The notes beneath the pieces are model-generated. The model was not told where the DNA came from and did not search any database. It was given only the letters and a program-made list of their open reading frames with translations. A stretch of DNA of 64,000 nucleotides from Aulosira sp. ZfuVER01. GTDB taxonomy: Bacteria; Cyanobacteriota; Cyanobacteriia; Cyanobacteriales; Nostocaceae. Where the stretch lies: positions 96,001 through 160,000 of the forward strand of contig JAVRCV020000006.1 in assembly GCA_034530615.2 (NCBI GenBank), in the 5' to 3' direction. Of this stretch, positions 63,994-64,000 are shown piece by piece (position 1 is the stretch's first letter; each line of letters starts with the position of its first letter). The translations under genes and the position numbers were made by a program.

Positions 63994-64000
63994 TCTGTTG

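Overview
This window is chromosomal DNA from a filamentous (Nostocales-like) cyanobacterium, judged from abundant HIP1 octamers (GCGATCGC), heptameric STRR tandem repeats and genes such as ndhD, ndhS, psb29, cpcT and a helical carotenoid protein. Most of it is housekeeping: thrB, an amidase, pyrG, SRP RNA, queF, pstS, ccs1/ccdA, ugd, a UDP-glucuronate decarboxylase, rodA, mrp, hemF, exbBD and ilvD. The strongest candidate for a novel system is a two-gene operon at 18195-23719 (minus strand). It pairs a small helical Bell-like protein with a 1680-aa NB-ARC NLR-like protein. The two share a gap-free 31-aa N/Q/G-rich motif (19/31 identical), at the extreme C-terminus of the small protein and just before the NB-ARC domain of the NLR, which is the layout of prion-like amyloid signalling. 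The NLR ends in about 31 highly similar helical repeats with hypervariable positions. Other notable items are a HIP1-punctuated cluster of damaged toxin-antitoxin/Uma2 modules (6.4-8.8 kb), a GH10-like hydrolase fused to a two-lobed aspartic protease, a 2606-aa RTX-type nuclease/phosphatase with a domain nested in a Calx-beta unit and a candidate Pho box, and a sensor-less histidine kinase. All family assignments come from motif recognition by eye; no database searches were run.
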